Source: Octopus sinensis (lineage: Eukaryota). From it: a stretch of 64,000 bases of DNA. Location of the stretch: the NCBI RefSeq assembly GCF_006345805.1, contig NC_043013.1, positions 20,708,001-20,772,000 of the forward strand, in the 5' to 3' direction. Below the pieces are notes generated by a model. It did not search any database, was not told the DNA's origin, and was given only the letters and a program-made list of their open reading frames with translations. The translations under genes were made by a program, and so were the position numbers. Positions 12,744 through 26,955 of this stretch are shown here, one piece after another. How positions within the stretch are numbered: position 1 is the first letter of the stretch; every line of letters starts with the position of its first letter.

Positions 12744-14321
12744 TATATATATAATATATATAATATATAATATATATATTATATATATATATATATATAT
12801 ATCAGAGGCAACCCCAGATCATCGGCGTTATTTGGGTTCATCACACATTTTGCATAAGACACATAACCTGCTCTAAATATTTCACGTTTTTCTGATTTAT
12901 TTCTAACCCCAAATGACTTTATATATATATATATATATATCTAGCACTGTATATCTTTCTTTATTTCTACGTTAATGGTAAAAATAAAGCAACCCTGCAA
13001 AACACAGTTAATCCTTATACACAGACGTACATAATAACACCAATCAAATAATGACAGCGGAGTGCACAACAAACATCAGCGACTGTCGCCTGTACTCTTG
13101 GTAAGAGATGCCAGTTAGTCTTTTATACCTACGAGGTTCGTTCGGAGTAGCCCGAGTTGCTGGGTAATTTTTTGTTCCTTTAAGAATATTCTAGAACGGA
13201 AACCTTTCATAGATTGGAATTTAAATCCTAATCTTTAGAGAAATTTATTGTTTCAAAAACACATTGAATTTTGATTACTTTTAATTTTTACGATTATAAA
13301 TAATAACTCGACTTGTAGCTTTTGAGCCTGAGTCAGGCGACTGTTAACAATGTCGAGAGAACATCTGATATGTTTTGACACAGGGCACCCTTAAGACGAC
13401 CACCAGGTGTTGAACGGGAATAAATGATCTGCGACCAAGCTCATTAGAAGGAGCTCGAGTTATTGGCTACAATTGTACACTTGAAGTCAGTGTTGACAGA
13501 AATTAAACCAGCTTGCAAATACACGTTCATTTTACTAAATTTATACTCGGGTTAACCCCAAACAGCCCGAGTGCCGGAGTCGCCACTGATCTATACGTAT
13601 ATATATGTATATATATGGGTGAGTATCTTTCTTGTTACCCCTCAGTTCTCAGAATAGGGGATCTGCTCCAAGAATAGTTATAACTGCTATTTGTCGGGTC
13701 AACATCACCTCTTTCACTTTGTGTGTGTATGTGTGCGTGTGTGTGGTGTGTGTTGTGTGGTGTCTGTGTGTGTGGTGTGTGTGTGGTGTGTGTGTGTGTG
13801 TGTGTTCGTACATAGTTTATAAAATTCGTAAATATCAACACAAAGGATTTACTAAGGAATCTGTACTAGTGCCAAACTATTTCCATAAACAAATCTGAGC
13901 ATTTCGCTTCCTAATCAAATTTTAGCGAAATATAATAGCTTAGCAATATTTTATTAAAGAAACATACTCATTTATTACGACAGAAAGGAAATGAAACTAT
14001 ATAATAATGTAACAAAGTATATATGTGTAGTTACATCAACATCGATTTCTCGTTGGTTCACTGTGGAGAAAGAATGGTCAGACAGATTACATGTTCTCAA
14101 TAACCTTCCTTAGGCAATTTCTGGCTCAGATTCACAATGCTCGATGCTGGTTGATTTTCTTTTTCTCTGTTTTTGCCGAAAGACAGCTTGAAATTGCTCC
14201 ATATTCTTACACATGAGTATACAGATACTATAAAGGTAAAAAAACAACAACAATTAGCTATAAACGTGTAAAGATCTGTGTGTGTGTGAATGTCTATATG
14301 GATGTATGTATGTATAGATAA

Positions 14322-14409
<88 letters not shown>

Positions 14410-14564
14410 GGAGAGAGAGAGAGAGAGACAACTGCCCGCGCGTGTATGTGTGTATGGATGTGTGTTTGCATGGTTTAAGTTAAAAGATAGAAGAACAAAA
14501 ACTGAATACTGATTTGGAAATTATAAATCATCTGCCTCCTACGTAGAGCAGCGTGTGTGTGTGA

Positions 14565-14620
<56 letters not shown>

Positions 14621-14649
14621 AAGAGGAAAAATATCAGACAGCAGAATGA

Positions 14650-14675
14650 ATTATTATTATTATTATTATTATCAC

Positions 14676-14741
<66 letters not shown>
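14650..14741. repeat. (ATT)n microsatellite
   Basis: Direct reading. Confidence 0.95.
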
Positions 14742-14742
<1 letters not shown>

Positions 14743-14861
14743 TGCATCAGCAGTGATTTCTTGACTCAGCAAGAATCCAAGAGAGATCTCGTCCATGCAA
14801 AACTACAGAAGTAAAGAAATGTTTTATATGCGTATGCGTGTGTGTGTATGTATGTATATAA

Positions 14862-14929
<68 letters not shown>

Positions 14930-15023
14930 TGTGTGTGTGTGTGTGTATCCACATATGTGTATGTATACATATATGTATGCATATATATTCTTATGTGAAT
15001 ATATACATAACATTCATACATAC

Positions 15024-15054
<31 letters not shown>

Positions 15055-15055
15055 G

Positions 15056-15106
<51 letters not shown>

Positions 15107-15216
15107 TGTATGTATGTATGTGTATGTATGTATATGCTGTGTCTGTGCGTGGCTTTCATCCTGCAACTATCTGCGAATGGAAAGAATAAGAAGGGGACAA
15201 TAGTGAAAATAGATGG

Positions 15217-15290
<74 letters not shown>

Positions 15291-15646
15291 TGTACTAGAG
15301 TAAGACGAATAACAGACTAAGCTTGAATGAAGAGAAAGACAAAGGAGTGGGTTACTGGTATGAAGCAGATGGAGAACATAACCAACTTTTGTGGTTTATT
15401 ATTCTGTTATTTTCTCGTGATTTCAGTTTATCTTACAGCGTGATGTAGGTTCCATTTTCATGTTCTTTGCAAAGAATTGGTTGCTCCTGGCGTTCTGTCA
15501 ACAGATTGCAGCAACGCCAATTCCTCTCGAAATTTTATTGACGGGAAAGTTTTGCAACCGTTTTAGTAAATTTCGTCCATTCTGTGCAGTTTGTGTGTGT
15601 GTGTGTGTGTGTGTGAATGTGTGTGTTTGTAAGAGAGAGAGAGAGG

Positions 15647-15678
<32 letters not shown>

Positions 15679-16215
15679 GAGAGAGAGAGGGAGAAAGAGT
15701 ATGTGTATGAAGGGGAATGAGTTCTTGGTTGTAAGAGTAACTGAAAGCCTTCCCATAATGCAGTGCATGTATATCAAGTTTTCCACATGTAATCCAGTGT
15801 TTCTCATGTAATCCGTGAAACAAAACCTGTTGAGGCCAGAGTATGTATTCTTTGTTGCCTTAGTTGTTCAGTGTGGTATCTACCCTAATTTGACTGATCT
15901 ATGATCAAATGTGTTTCATCAAGGCTCAGTGGAATCTGAGGTGGATATCGTTGGTAATTCTAATAGATCATATAACCACAATCAAGATCATGAAGATATT
16001 TTTAATTAACCCTCTGTGGTCCTTCAGATCTGTGGTCAAACTGTGAATCAATAGAAACTACTTCGCTATATTTGCGAGACGAATATATTCGATGTTTGAT
16101 GATCACCAAGACGTCTTTTCATTTCACCTCTCTCTATTTTACTTTCTTTGGGGACTAACCAGAGGAGGGAGGAAGGTGCTCTGAATCCGAAGTGTGCGTG
16201 CGTGTGTGTGGTGTG

Positions 16216-16254
<39 letters not shown>

Positions 16255-17440
16255 GTGTGTGTGTGAAGGTGTATATTGTGTTTTCACACACCTGTTTTCG
16301 TCTGAAGATGTGAAGATATGTAGTGGGAGAGGAGGAGAGAGAGAGAGATACGCAGAAAGGCATACAGAGAGGAAAAGTCGTAAAGAAGGAAACAAACAGA
16401 GTGGAAGATACAGAAATCAAAGAGAGAATGAGAGAGGACAGAGAGAGGGAGGGAGAGATAGGGAGGGAGAGAGAGGGGAAGGGAATGGAATACAGAAAGT
16501 AAAAATAACGAGAAATGGCGAGAAGTAAAATGGAATGTTATAAATAGATAGTCAGGCATTGTGTAAGACATCGTGTGTGTGTGTTTAAAGTGAATGGAAG
16601 CAGTCGTCGGTTGAAAATGTCAGTTAAAAACAAAAGCTAACTGACATATGTCAATGATAAGAATTCAATAATATTTAAAAAAAATCAAGTTTGAAATATA
16701 TACATATACGAACGCATGACTCAACCTTAGGCTGGAAACAATAATTTAACGAATTCCACCATAAAAACCAATCAACAGACCATATATTTCTGACTTTCTA
16801 AGACATATCTCTCTCTCTCTCTCTAAATAAGGAGAGAAAAAAAAGACTGCACAACACAATTATTTTACAAGAAATGCCAAACATCAAATACTTTACAATA
16901 TTATTCAGATCATATTAAATCTGTATTAATATGATTTATATGATATACATATAAAATACTGTATTAAACAGTATTTTTCAATACAAACATTATTCTTTTT
17001 CAAAATTTTGATGCTAAAGTACATAGTCCGGATGCGGGTATATAAATCGGCCATTCAGCTCTATTAGCAAATATTTCTCTATATTATTAAACATGATGCA
17101 TAATTATAATACAATTACTCAATTCAATGGGATTGACAGGATCGGTTAAGAATTATTCTTTGGATTGTCAAATATTTAAGAAAGAGGTTCCACATTCTTC
17201 ATAGATTTTACAAATAGGAGACAACAATTGTCACGTTATCATTAGCACTATATTCATTGGTTGTAGAAATACTTGAAGAAGAATTCTTTAAAAAGATTCT
17301 CTGGCAATGATAAATTTAGTAACATAGCACCACGCAAACGCCTACGAATACTTCTTAAAATGCCTTTCTCGCTCTGGGCTAAACGAAATATTTACGATTT
17401 TTAGGCATTAGGCAATTAATATCCTTATTTCGCCATTATA

Positions 17441-17510
<70 letters not shown>

Positions 17511-17529
17511 TATAGAGAGAGAGAGAGAG

Positions 17530-17562
<33 letters not shown>

Positions 17563-17572
17563 CATACATACA

Positions 17573-17608
<36 letters not shown>

Positions 17609-18417
17609 GATATAGATATAGATATACCGTGTTCGTGTGTGTGTGCATGCGTGTTGGAATATGTGCTTGTGTGTGTATATGCGTGTTGCAATATGTGCGT
17701 ATGTACACATATATGTACATATACACTCAAACATACATATACACAGCTTTGTGCGAAAATGTAGAGAACAGTCAAATGCTGGAGATCTGGTTTCTGAAAA
17801 AAACTTTGCTATTCCAGTAGAGAAATATGAAAGATTCTTCATTTCAGTGGACAATGGAGTTTAGATTGGATCTATATATCTATTACAACAATGAAGATTT
17901 CAAAGAAAGCGATATCAGATGATGTGATTCTCTGTCTATGATCGTAATAATTTCTCAGGGTGACGACTGTTATGTAGGCATGTGAAAGCTAGAAGATCTA
18001 AGTTAACTACTGCCTGGGGCTTTCATCATTGTATGTCGGTAATTTCGTGTTGAAAGCTTATTTATAAACATCGTCTTTCTCGACGTTCATAATACCACTT
18101 GTGAATCTTAGAGAACTTCGTCCATTGACACAACGTTAGAGATGCAGATGTGAGATTGGATAAAACTTTTGTATAGCTGGAATGTTATCACAAGTCTGAC
18201 ATTGTATACCTTAATATGTATCCGTCTGCTTGAGAACTTAACTTCACAACCTTGTCGTTCTGTGTTCGATCTCAGTGAGCGTAGCTACATGCACCATAAC
18301 TGAATAACAATGTGAGTTAGAGTGTGTTATTTGGTCGGTGTATAGTGTGTGTGTGTGTGTGTGTGTGTTTTGGGTGTGTGTGTGTGGTGTGTGTCAGTGT
18401 GTACGAATTTGTATTCT

Positions 18418-18690
18418 TGTATTCTTTTATTTGTTTCAGTCGTTTGACTGCAGCCAAGCTGGAGCACCACCTTTTACGCAAAGAAATCGACTCTAGGACT
18501 TATTCTTTGTAAGCCTGGTACTTATTCTGTCGGTCTCTTTTGCCGAACCACTAGGTTACAGGAACGTAAACAGACCGACATCAGTTGTCAAGAGGAGCGG
18601 GGACAAACACAGACGCAAAGACACACACATAAATACATATATACTTATACGACGGGCTTCTTTGAGCTTCTGTCTAACAAATCCACTCAC
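18418..18690 (-). mobile_element. S1 SINE, 5'-truncated
   Basis: S1 tail plus GACGGGCTTCTTT head end. Confidence 0.8.
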
Positions 18691-18774
18691 AGATATATAT
18701 TATACATATACATGCGAGCGCGCGCACACACACACACACCACACACACACACTTATATATATATATATATATAT

Positions 18775-18826
<52 letters not shown>

Positions 18827-19205
18827 CTGGGCTGTCAAGTTAGCTTGATAATTTGATGTTACCTCTGCCTAGACAAAGCACGCGCTATGTCACTTCGTCA
18901 GTGGACATGTGGCTTCGCCTCTGCATGAAAAGCACACGTCTGTGTTTGGATTATGAATATATATATAAATTTGTTTTACGGTAGGTGGCAGCTAAAAAAG
19001 ACTCTCAAAATATACGTGTTTAAAATTTTTCTGTGTGGTAAATATTTATCCACTAATCTAAGAAAACAATCCTCCCCACACAAGTTTTTACGTTAAGAGA
19101 AAACGGAGGTGCCTATAAAAGCATGTACATATTCAACATGCATATACATATACATATACACACACACATATATATAATACATATATATATATAATAATAT
19201 ATCTA

Positions 19206-19265
<60 letters not shown>

Positions 19266-20698
19266 CATGCATACAACATATACATGTTTTATATATACAT
19301 ACATATATATAGATATATTATTATATATATATATATATATATATACACTAATACATGCATACATACATATACATGTGTGTTTATAAATACATATTTATAT
19401 TATGTACTATGCTTTATAAACTCTATTACTTACTACACATCTAATAGCAATCATTGAGTGTAAAGTAATATAAAATATTTATGTTTCAGCGAGAGAGAAT
19501 ATAAATGAGCGTGTGTTTTATCGCTGTTATCACATCTATCTATTTCCAAGCAGTTTGGCAAAGGAAATGTCTAGTTCTATATGAATGCAATGATATCCAT
19601 TAAGAAAGTATTTAACATACTCACATTAGTCACCTATACATTGTATCCGCCGCAGAGGGTGGCGGGTGTGATGTACCCTGTTAACAGCACGTCAGTCCGT
19701 CATTAAAAATATATTGATGTTCACTCATATAGAACAGAGAACATGGATCGTACATTAGTGCAAACACCGCCACTACAACCATCGTCTTCTCAACCGCCAA
19801 CATCTATATAATTACAATTACCAAAATAAATAAATAAATAAATAAATAAAAATAATGAATAAATAAATAAATAAAGCCACCACTACTACCATAGCTGCCC
19901 CAAGTATCCTTGCAATCATCACAACTACCACCAAAATAAATCTACAACTGACACGACCTTCCCTGGCATCTTTGCAACCCGCGTTACCATCACAAACACA
20001 ACTACCCTCAGTATTCTCATGACCAGCAACGCCAATAGAACGAGCACCATTAACACCACCATCACCGCCGCTAACATTACCACATCACAACCACCACCAA
20101 GACCACCACCACCTACACCTACACCACCGCCGCCGCCGCCTTACAAACACCATATCCAAGAAAATTACCACCACCGTTTTTTGAACCACCCCCGAAATCA
20201 TCAGCCCCCGCCTATACCATCGTCCACACAATCACCGTCACCGCCACCCTTACCATCACCTCAACACCATTATGACATATACTTCAGTATCTAGTGAGTC
20301 TTCGATAGTTTCCTTCTATAAGTCGAACGGACATAAGGCCTGATGCTTAAATGATTATTGTTGTACATTACCTCGACCTCAGTACATGACTGGTACTTTG
20401 CCGATTTCTTGTAAAATGAGAAGCAAAGTTGATCTCGACGGGAAGTGAACTGTAACATAAATGCACGGAAATATATGCCAAAAGGCATTTTGTCCTTGAC
20501 TTCAGAAGTTCTGCCAAATCCCTATCATTTTCACCATAACTCTACCACTTCCACCAAACACTCACCATTTTGCCCGAAACTCTACTGCTTTTGCCAGTCT
20601 ACTACCCTGTATCCTTAAATAATTTTCTCTATCTCTCTGTCTATTAGTCTCTCTAACAGTGCTTCTTTAACTCCCTTCTCCTTTGCTTCTTTCTCTCT

Positions 20699-20729
<31 letters not shown>

Positions 20730-22029
20730 TTCTCTGTGTCTCTGTCTCTCTCTCCTTCTCATTGCCTCCATATTTGCAAAGTAGTGATGGGGATGTTGTG
20801 TGGTAGATTTCAGTGAAGCCACTCTCTTACGAAAATATATTTTACTGACACTGGATGGTCGAAGATCATAGTGAAAATTTAAAATTTGAACCCACTTGAT
20901 AAAAGATCAGCGAATATACCAAGACACGTACAGCAGAAATCTGTGCTTGGAACAGCAACGCTACTTGTTGTATCTTGGGAGAGTCATTACGCCAAATACA
21001 AAACAAAGTATCCATTACTGATGCTGCTGCTAAATTTTTTTGAACGGAAGATTCGCCGATTCATCAGAGCAGCAGAGAAAATATCTTGCAGCGTGATCTT
21101 TTCCGTTGTTCATTTAAATCCCGTCGATATTAGCTTTGCCTTTGATTCTTCCAGCTTCGCCCAAAGAAAGTACCAGTCATATACTGAGTCGATTTGACTC
21201 TGCTCCTCCCGCATTTGAACCCCAGAGCCTATGTAAACAAACAAAAGTATATTTTATATCAAAGTGTATAAATATACGCCTTAGCGGATAGCGTGTCACA
21301 CACGAGAGGAAAGTTTTCTACTTCCATGCTCCGACTTTAAATCTTGTCGAACTGAACTCCGACTTAAATCCTGCTGGGCTGTTGTTATTGACTTAGGTCT
21401 ACCATGCCCCAACTGAAAATAAATTGCAGCTCTGACAATATTGTGTTTGTGGCTGTTATATACAGAAGATCAAGTCAATTATACATCATAGGGTTGCTGG
21501 GGTGGCACATTTGCTTATTTAGATCCATTTCCCTACAATTTTGCAGGTTCATTATTCATCAAAGAAAAATATAAATATCGAAAAATTTGAAGAGAAAGCA
21601 TGAACAATAAACCAAACTCCAATGGAAAACTGCGGCAGTTGAAATAATTGCTGAACTTAGGATAATAATCAAAGAAGAAATGCTTTCAATAAATAATTAA
21701 CAGAAAACAAAGTAAATTAAAATCATTTTCATTTAAAGATTTCCTGCTGAATAATATTGGCAACTATTTCGCTGAAAGTCAAGAAGAAAATTAAATAATT
21801 AGAAATTTAGATTCGTGAGGATTTTGGTAAAAATTTCAGACAGGATATTAAATCATCTTACAATGCAATGATTCAATTTAAAATGTAAGAACACCGGATA
21901 AGAGACAACAGATGTATCGCATCTCCAATCCATCATGTACAGGTTTTTAAACGTGACAAATCTATGAGAATCTTAACGCAAGAAATACAAGCAAACGTAC
22001 AAAAAGAACGGTAATATTGTTGATATATG

Positions 22030-22087
<58 letters not shown>

Positions 22088-22250
22088 GTCACTTTAAAAG
22101 ATAATGGAGAAAATTTAAAACGGAAGATAATAACTAAAAGAATTATTATTGTTGCAGTTATTATTATCATTATTATCAGTATTATTATTATTTTTATTAA
22201 TGTAGGTGTTGTTGTTGTTGATGTTATTATGATCGTTATTATTGTTGTTG

Positions 22251-22322
<72 letters not shown>

Positions 22323-22916
22323 TATTATTATTATATTATTATTATATGTTGTTGTTGTTATTATTATTGCGATAATTGGAAATAACAATGTGGCTAAAGT
22401 GGAGGAAAAAAAATTGAAATTTTAAAATACAATAGGATAGCAATAAATAATGGGTAAAAAAGAAATTCCTTTAATTTGGATTCTATGGAAACACAGGAAT
22501 AACTGTGTAAATATGGTCGAACAGAGAATATAGAGAAGCACGCAAAGTTACAGAAAGAGAAGATATTTATATATGAAGACGTAAACACACACACACACAA
22601 ACACAGACACACACACACACACAGACACACACTCATACACATGTTCAGATATACACATATACATACACCCATATGTGCACACGCAAACATTTTAGTGCCA
22701 CACCGAATTATTGGATAAAATAGGATGTACAAACATTTTGACTCATGCATAAATATATAGATATACATATATATATATATAGAGAGAGAGAGAGACAGAC
22801 AGAGACAGACAGATACATATGTATGTATATATATATATATGTATAGACATATATATACATATACATATATATATATGATATATATATTATATATGATATA
22901 TATATATGTATGTATG

Positions 22917-22962
<46 letters not shown>

Positions 22963-22985
22963 TATATAATATATATATATAGAAG

Positions 22986-23036
22986 AGCTTCTACAGGACT
23001 AGAACTGTTTCATTCAAGAGAAATCTTCAGGAAGCT
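22986..23036 (-). ncRNA. Type I hammerhead ribozyme fold, family A (locus A1)
   Basis: Reverse complement reads AGCUUC-CUGAAGA-UUUCUCUUGAAU-GAAAC-AGUUCUAGUCCU-GUA-GAAGCU; all core positions intact. Confidence 0.8.
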
Positions 23037-23513
23037 AGTTAACAAGAATTGTATTGGCATTTATACATTTAGGCAGGTTTAAAGGGGTGTTGGTGGGGGA
23101 CTTTTTGGGGGTAGGCATAGCGCAAATATCATACTTGCGGGAGTGGTCAAGGAGTCAGTGTTAATAGATAGAAGAATAAATAAAAAAAATATATATATAA
23201 AAAAAGGGGAATAGAGTTTTAGGTAAATAAGGAGATTCTCACTTATACCTATGCACATATGTATACTATATACACACGCATACAAACATATATACATATA
23301 CATACACACTACATACCCAACACACATCTATATATACATATATATACACTTACACATACATATACATATCTACACATACACATATATGTATACATACACA
23401 CACTCACATGCATACACGTATACACACACATCCACACACACACAATGCACACACAGCACCTAGTCCCTATATAACACATATATACACATACACACTATAT
23501 ACACACACTACAT

Positions 23514-23589
<76 letters not shown>

Positions 23590-23995
23590 TGTGTACCTAT
23601 GCATACCTACACAACACACATATATATATACACATACAAATACAGACCCATTCCTAATTTTAATTTTATATCTTCGTTTATTACTTGTGTTATCTTTGGC
23701 CGCTTGGTCACAAACAATCTGGCTATGACACCCAGTCCATTTATCTGTCTACTGGAAAACAAGCACTCATTCACTTGTTTTTATATATATATTTTTTTAT
23801 TTTTTTATTTTTTTATTTTTTATATTTTTTTATTTTTTTTTATTTTTTTTATTTATTCTTCTATCTAATTTAACACTGACTCCTTGACCACTCCCCCAAG
23901 TATGATATTGCGCTATGCCTACCCCCAAAAAAGTCCCCACCAACCCTTTTAAAACCTGCCTAAATGTATAAATGCCAATACAATTCTTGTTAACT

Positions 23996-24048
23996 AGCTT
24001 CCTGAAGATTTCTGTCTTGATGAAACAGTTCTAGTCCTGTTAGAAGCT
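23996..24048 (+). ncRNA. Hammerhead fold, family A (locus A2), altered
   Basis: AGCUUC-CUGAAGA-UUUCUGUCUUGAU-GAAAC-AGUUCUAGUC-CUGUUA-GAAGCU; extra U at the cleavage site and a changed stem II. Confidence 0.55.
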
Positions 24049-24171
24049 CCTTCTATATAATAAATTAATTTTACTCTGCTATGTATTGAGTACCTTATTT
24101 ACTGTGGTTAACCCGAATCAACCCGGACCTACATATAATAATATATATATATTATATATATATATAGTATG

Positions 24172-24218
<47 letters not shown>

Positions 24219-24483
24219 ATATAGCGTCTATGAAGGAAGTTGAAATCTCCTTCACACATACATATGTGTGTGTACACTTCAATGCACAAGTAATAAATTT
24301 TTCTAATTTTATTTTAAATCTTAAGGACTGTAAACTTGTTTTCCTACTTTACAGCTCATAACATGTGTGTGAGTGCGTGTGTGTGTGTGTGTATATGAGT
24401 GTGTGTGTGTTTGTGTGTGTGTATATATGTGTGAGTGCGTGTGTGTGTGTGTGTGTGTGTGCGTGTGTAAGTGTATATATGGG

Positions 24484-24518
<35 letters not shown>

Positions 24519-24659
24519 ATGTGTGTGTGTGTGTGCGTGTGTTTTCTTGTGTGTATGATACGAGCGTGCAAGTGCGAAATATTCCGAACGGCAAAAGGTT
24601 TGCTCCAATAATTATAATTATACTGTTTTGATATATAAATAATTCCTACGTGCATACAT

Positions 24660-25100
24660 GCCTATCCTTACTTTATTCCCCTACCTCACTTCTCTCTCTC
24701 CTCCTCACTCGCTTCCTCTCTGCTTCCTTCTCTCTCTTCCTCCTTCTTTCTTGCTCTCTCTTCCCCTTCTCCCTCCGTGTCTCCTTCTCTCACCTTTTCC
24801 TCTCCTCCTCAATCACTCCCTCCATCTATACTTTCCCTGTCTATCTCTCCTTCTCCGTCTCTTCACCTCTTCCTTCGCCTTTCTCTTTTTGTATCCCCCT
24901 CTTCATTTTCTGGCCTCCGTTTTCGCTCCCTCTCTCTCATATTTTCCCCCTTTGCCCTCCCTATCTTTCCCTTTCTTTACCCCTCTCTCCCGATCTCTCC
25001 ATCTCTCCACGTCTCCACCCTCTACGTCCCCTTCTCCCATCTCTCTCTCTCTCTCTCTCTCTCTCTTCCCCTATCTATCTTTTTATCTCTCTCCCTTTGT
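24660..25100. repeat. Long polypyrimidine (C/T-rich) low-complexity tract
   Basis: Direct reading. Confidence 0.85.
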
Positions 25101-25471
25101 GTCGCACGCACGCACCAACACATGCACACACACCGACACACACACACACACCGACACACACACACACACACCGACACACACACACCGACACACACACAGA
25201 TGAATATATATTATGGATCCACCGCCATTTATTCCGTTGAACATTTAGCTGTTCTATTAACTGAACTATCTCCATATTGATTTCCTGAGTAAATGGCAGA
25301 GTATTTTACAGATACATGTTTACCTTTAAAACAATTCACTGGTCGAATCAATGGGACAATGTGACAGGGCTGGGCCTCTTTTTGACAGCTACAATCTATT
25401 CGAGAAATACAAACATGCGCAGATATACATTACTTCCCCCTCCTCCTCCTCATCGTCATCATCATCAATGT

Positions 25472-25528
<57 letters not shown>

Positions 25529-25559
25529 AGAGAGAGAGAGAGAGAGAGAGAAATGATTG

Positions 25560-25636
25560 ATAAATAGACAGACAGACAAACAGACAGATAGATAGACAGA
25601 TAGCTAGCTAGATAGCTAGATAGATAGATAGATAGC

Positions 25637-25700
<64 letters not shown>

Positions 25701-25734
25701 CAGACAGATAGCTAGCTAGCTAGCTAGCTTGATT

Positions 25735-25825
<91 letters not shown>

Positions 25826-25831
25826 TGATAG
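25560..25831. repeat. Compound (GACA)/(GATA)/(GCTA)n array
   Basis: Direct reading. Confidence 0.95.
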
Positions 25832-26914
25832 ATGGCTTGCCGCTATGGTCTCGGAATGTATTCGCTTGCATGGAACTTGAAGGAAAATGTGCAGGAATTA
25901 GGCATAAGTAGTTTTACACAAATAGGCAGCCAACCGAACATCCGTCATTTCCGCTGTATTGGCAAAATCCTTATATATGAAGCAATGCATTTGGTTGTAT
26001 CCATGTTTGCCAGTCCTTCTGATTGCTGTTTTTTTTTCCTGTCCGCCTTTGTATCGTCTATCAGTCCGAATGTCTTATTGTCCTCTATTGCCTTTTTGCT
26101 CCATTTTGTATATTTATATATTCATATAGCGGCGTACCTGCGCTCACCTTATAGTAGGAAGGTATCTAAATTTTGTACAACGCTTACTCTATCTTTTAGT
26201 CTCCCTCATACTTTCTTTCCCTTTTCTTTTCCTCGCTCTCCCGCTCTTTCTCACATTTCTTGCTCATCTCTTTCTTTAACTCCCACTTTTCCCCATCTTT
26301 TGTCTCCCCTGTACCTTTCTCTTTGTCTCTGAATTTTTTCTAGTCCTTCAATCCTGCTACCCCCTACACCTCTCTCCTCCTTCCCCGTGACTGCCGACTG
26401 CCAACACCTCTTATGTCCATCTCCTATGTTCCTGCCTTTAGGCTTTCACATCATACACACCTGCTCAATTTGATTCGTTCTCAGTCGAAAGACACCTCTT
26501 GTTATATTGTTGTTGTTTGTATTTGTAATTGTGTGCCATGTTCTCTGTTTTTTGTCTTTGTTGCTGTACACATTCGTTAGCTTTCTTACAAAAAGTCTAA
26601 TGTTCTTAGTTTAGACTTGGCGGTGGGGACCAGATTGAACTGTCTTAAGTGTAACAGCCCGAAACAGTAAGGACTTCTGGTATACTTGACTGAGGAAAAA
26701 AGGCCACGAATGACCCGTCTGTATTTTTGCCTGTCCTAATTGTTGTTTCTCCTGTCAGTCTTGTATCGTAAATCTGTCCGAATATTTTATTGTCCTCTAC
26801 TGCGTTTGTATTCCATTACATATAGATATATATATATATATATATATATATCGCGCCATGATAGAGCGCTAACCACTGAACCTTTTTCTATTTTCTCTCC
26901 CTGTTATTTCTGTG

Positions 26915-26955
26915 TTCTTTTCTGTCGAAGAGCGTAGGCTCGAAATGTAAAAGAC
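26915..26955 (+). ncRNA. Degenerate minimal hammerhead-like motif (D)
   Basis: CUUUU-CUGUCGAA-GAGC-GUAG-GCUC-GAAAU-GUA-AAAG. Clear 4-bp stem II, GAAA and GUA, but the core CUGANGA is altered. Confidence 0.35.

Larger units (their letters stand above)
22981..24132. mobile_element. Family A hammerhead element, long form: ~210-bp inverted arms around a microsatellite-rich spacer; PLE pLTR/retrozyme-like
   Basis: 22981-~23195 is the reverse complement of ~23840-24056. The + arm continues into the family tail (...GTATTGAGTACC...GGTTAACCCGAATCAACCCGGACCTAC); (TA)n on both sides. Confidence 0.7.

Noticed and set aside
20019-20294. Pro/Thr-rich 91-aa ORF
   Set aside because: Derived from degenerate (CCA/CAC)n low complexity; no splice or domain support.
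20886-21197. 103-aa ORF with faint QKS.LGTA resemblance to RLE LINE C-termini
   Set aside because: Too few matching residues to support.
24650-25280. 166-196-aa Leu/Ser/Pro ORFs
   Set aside because: By-product of a stop-free polypyrimidine tract.
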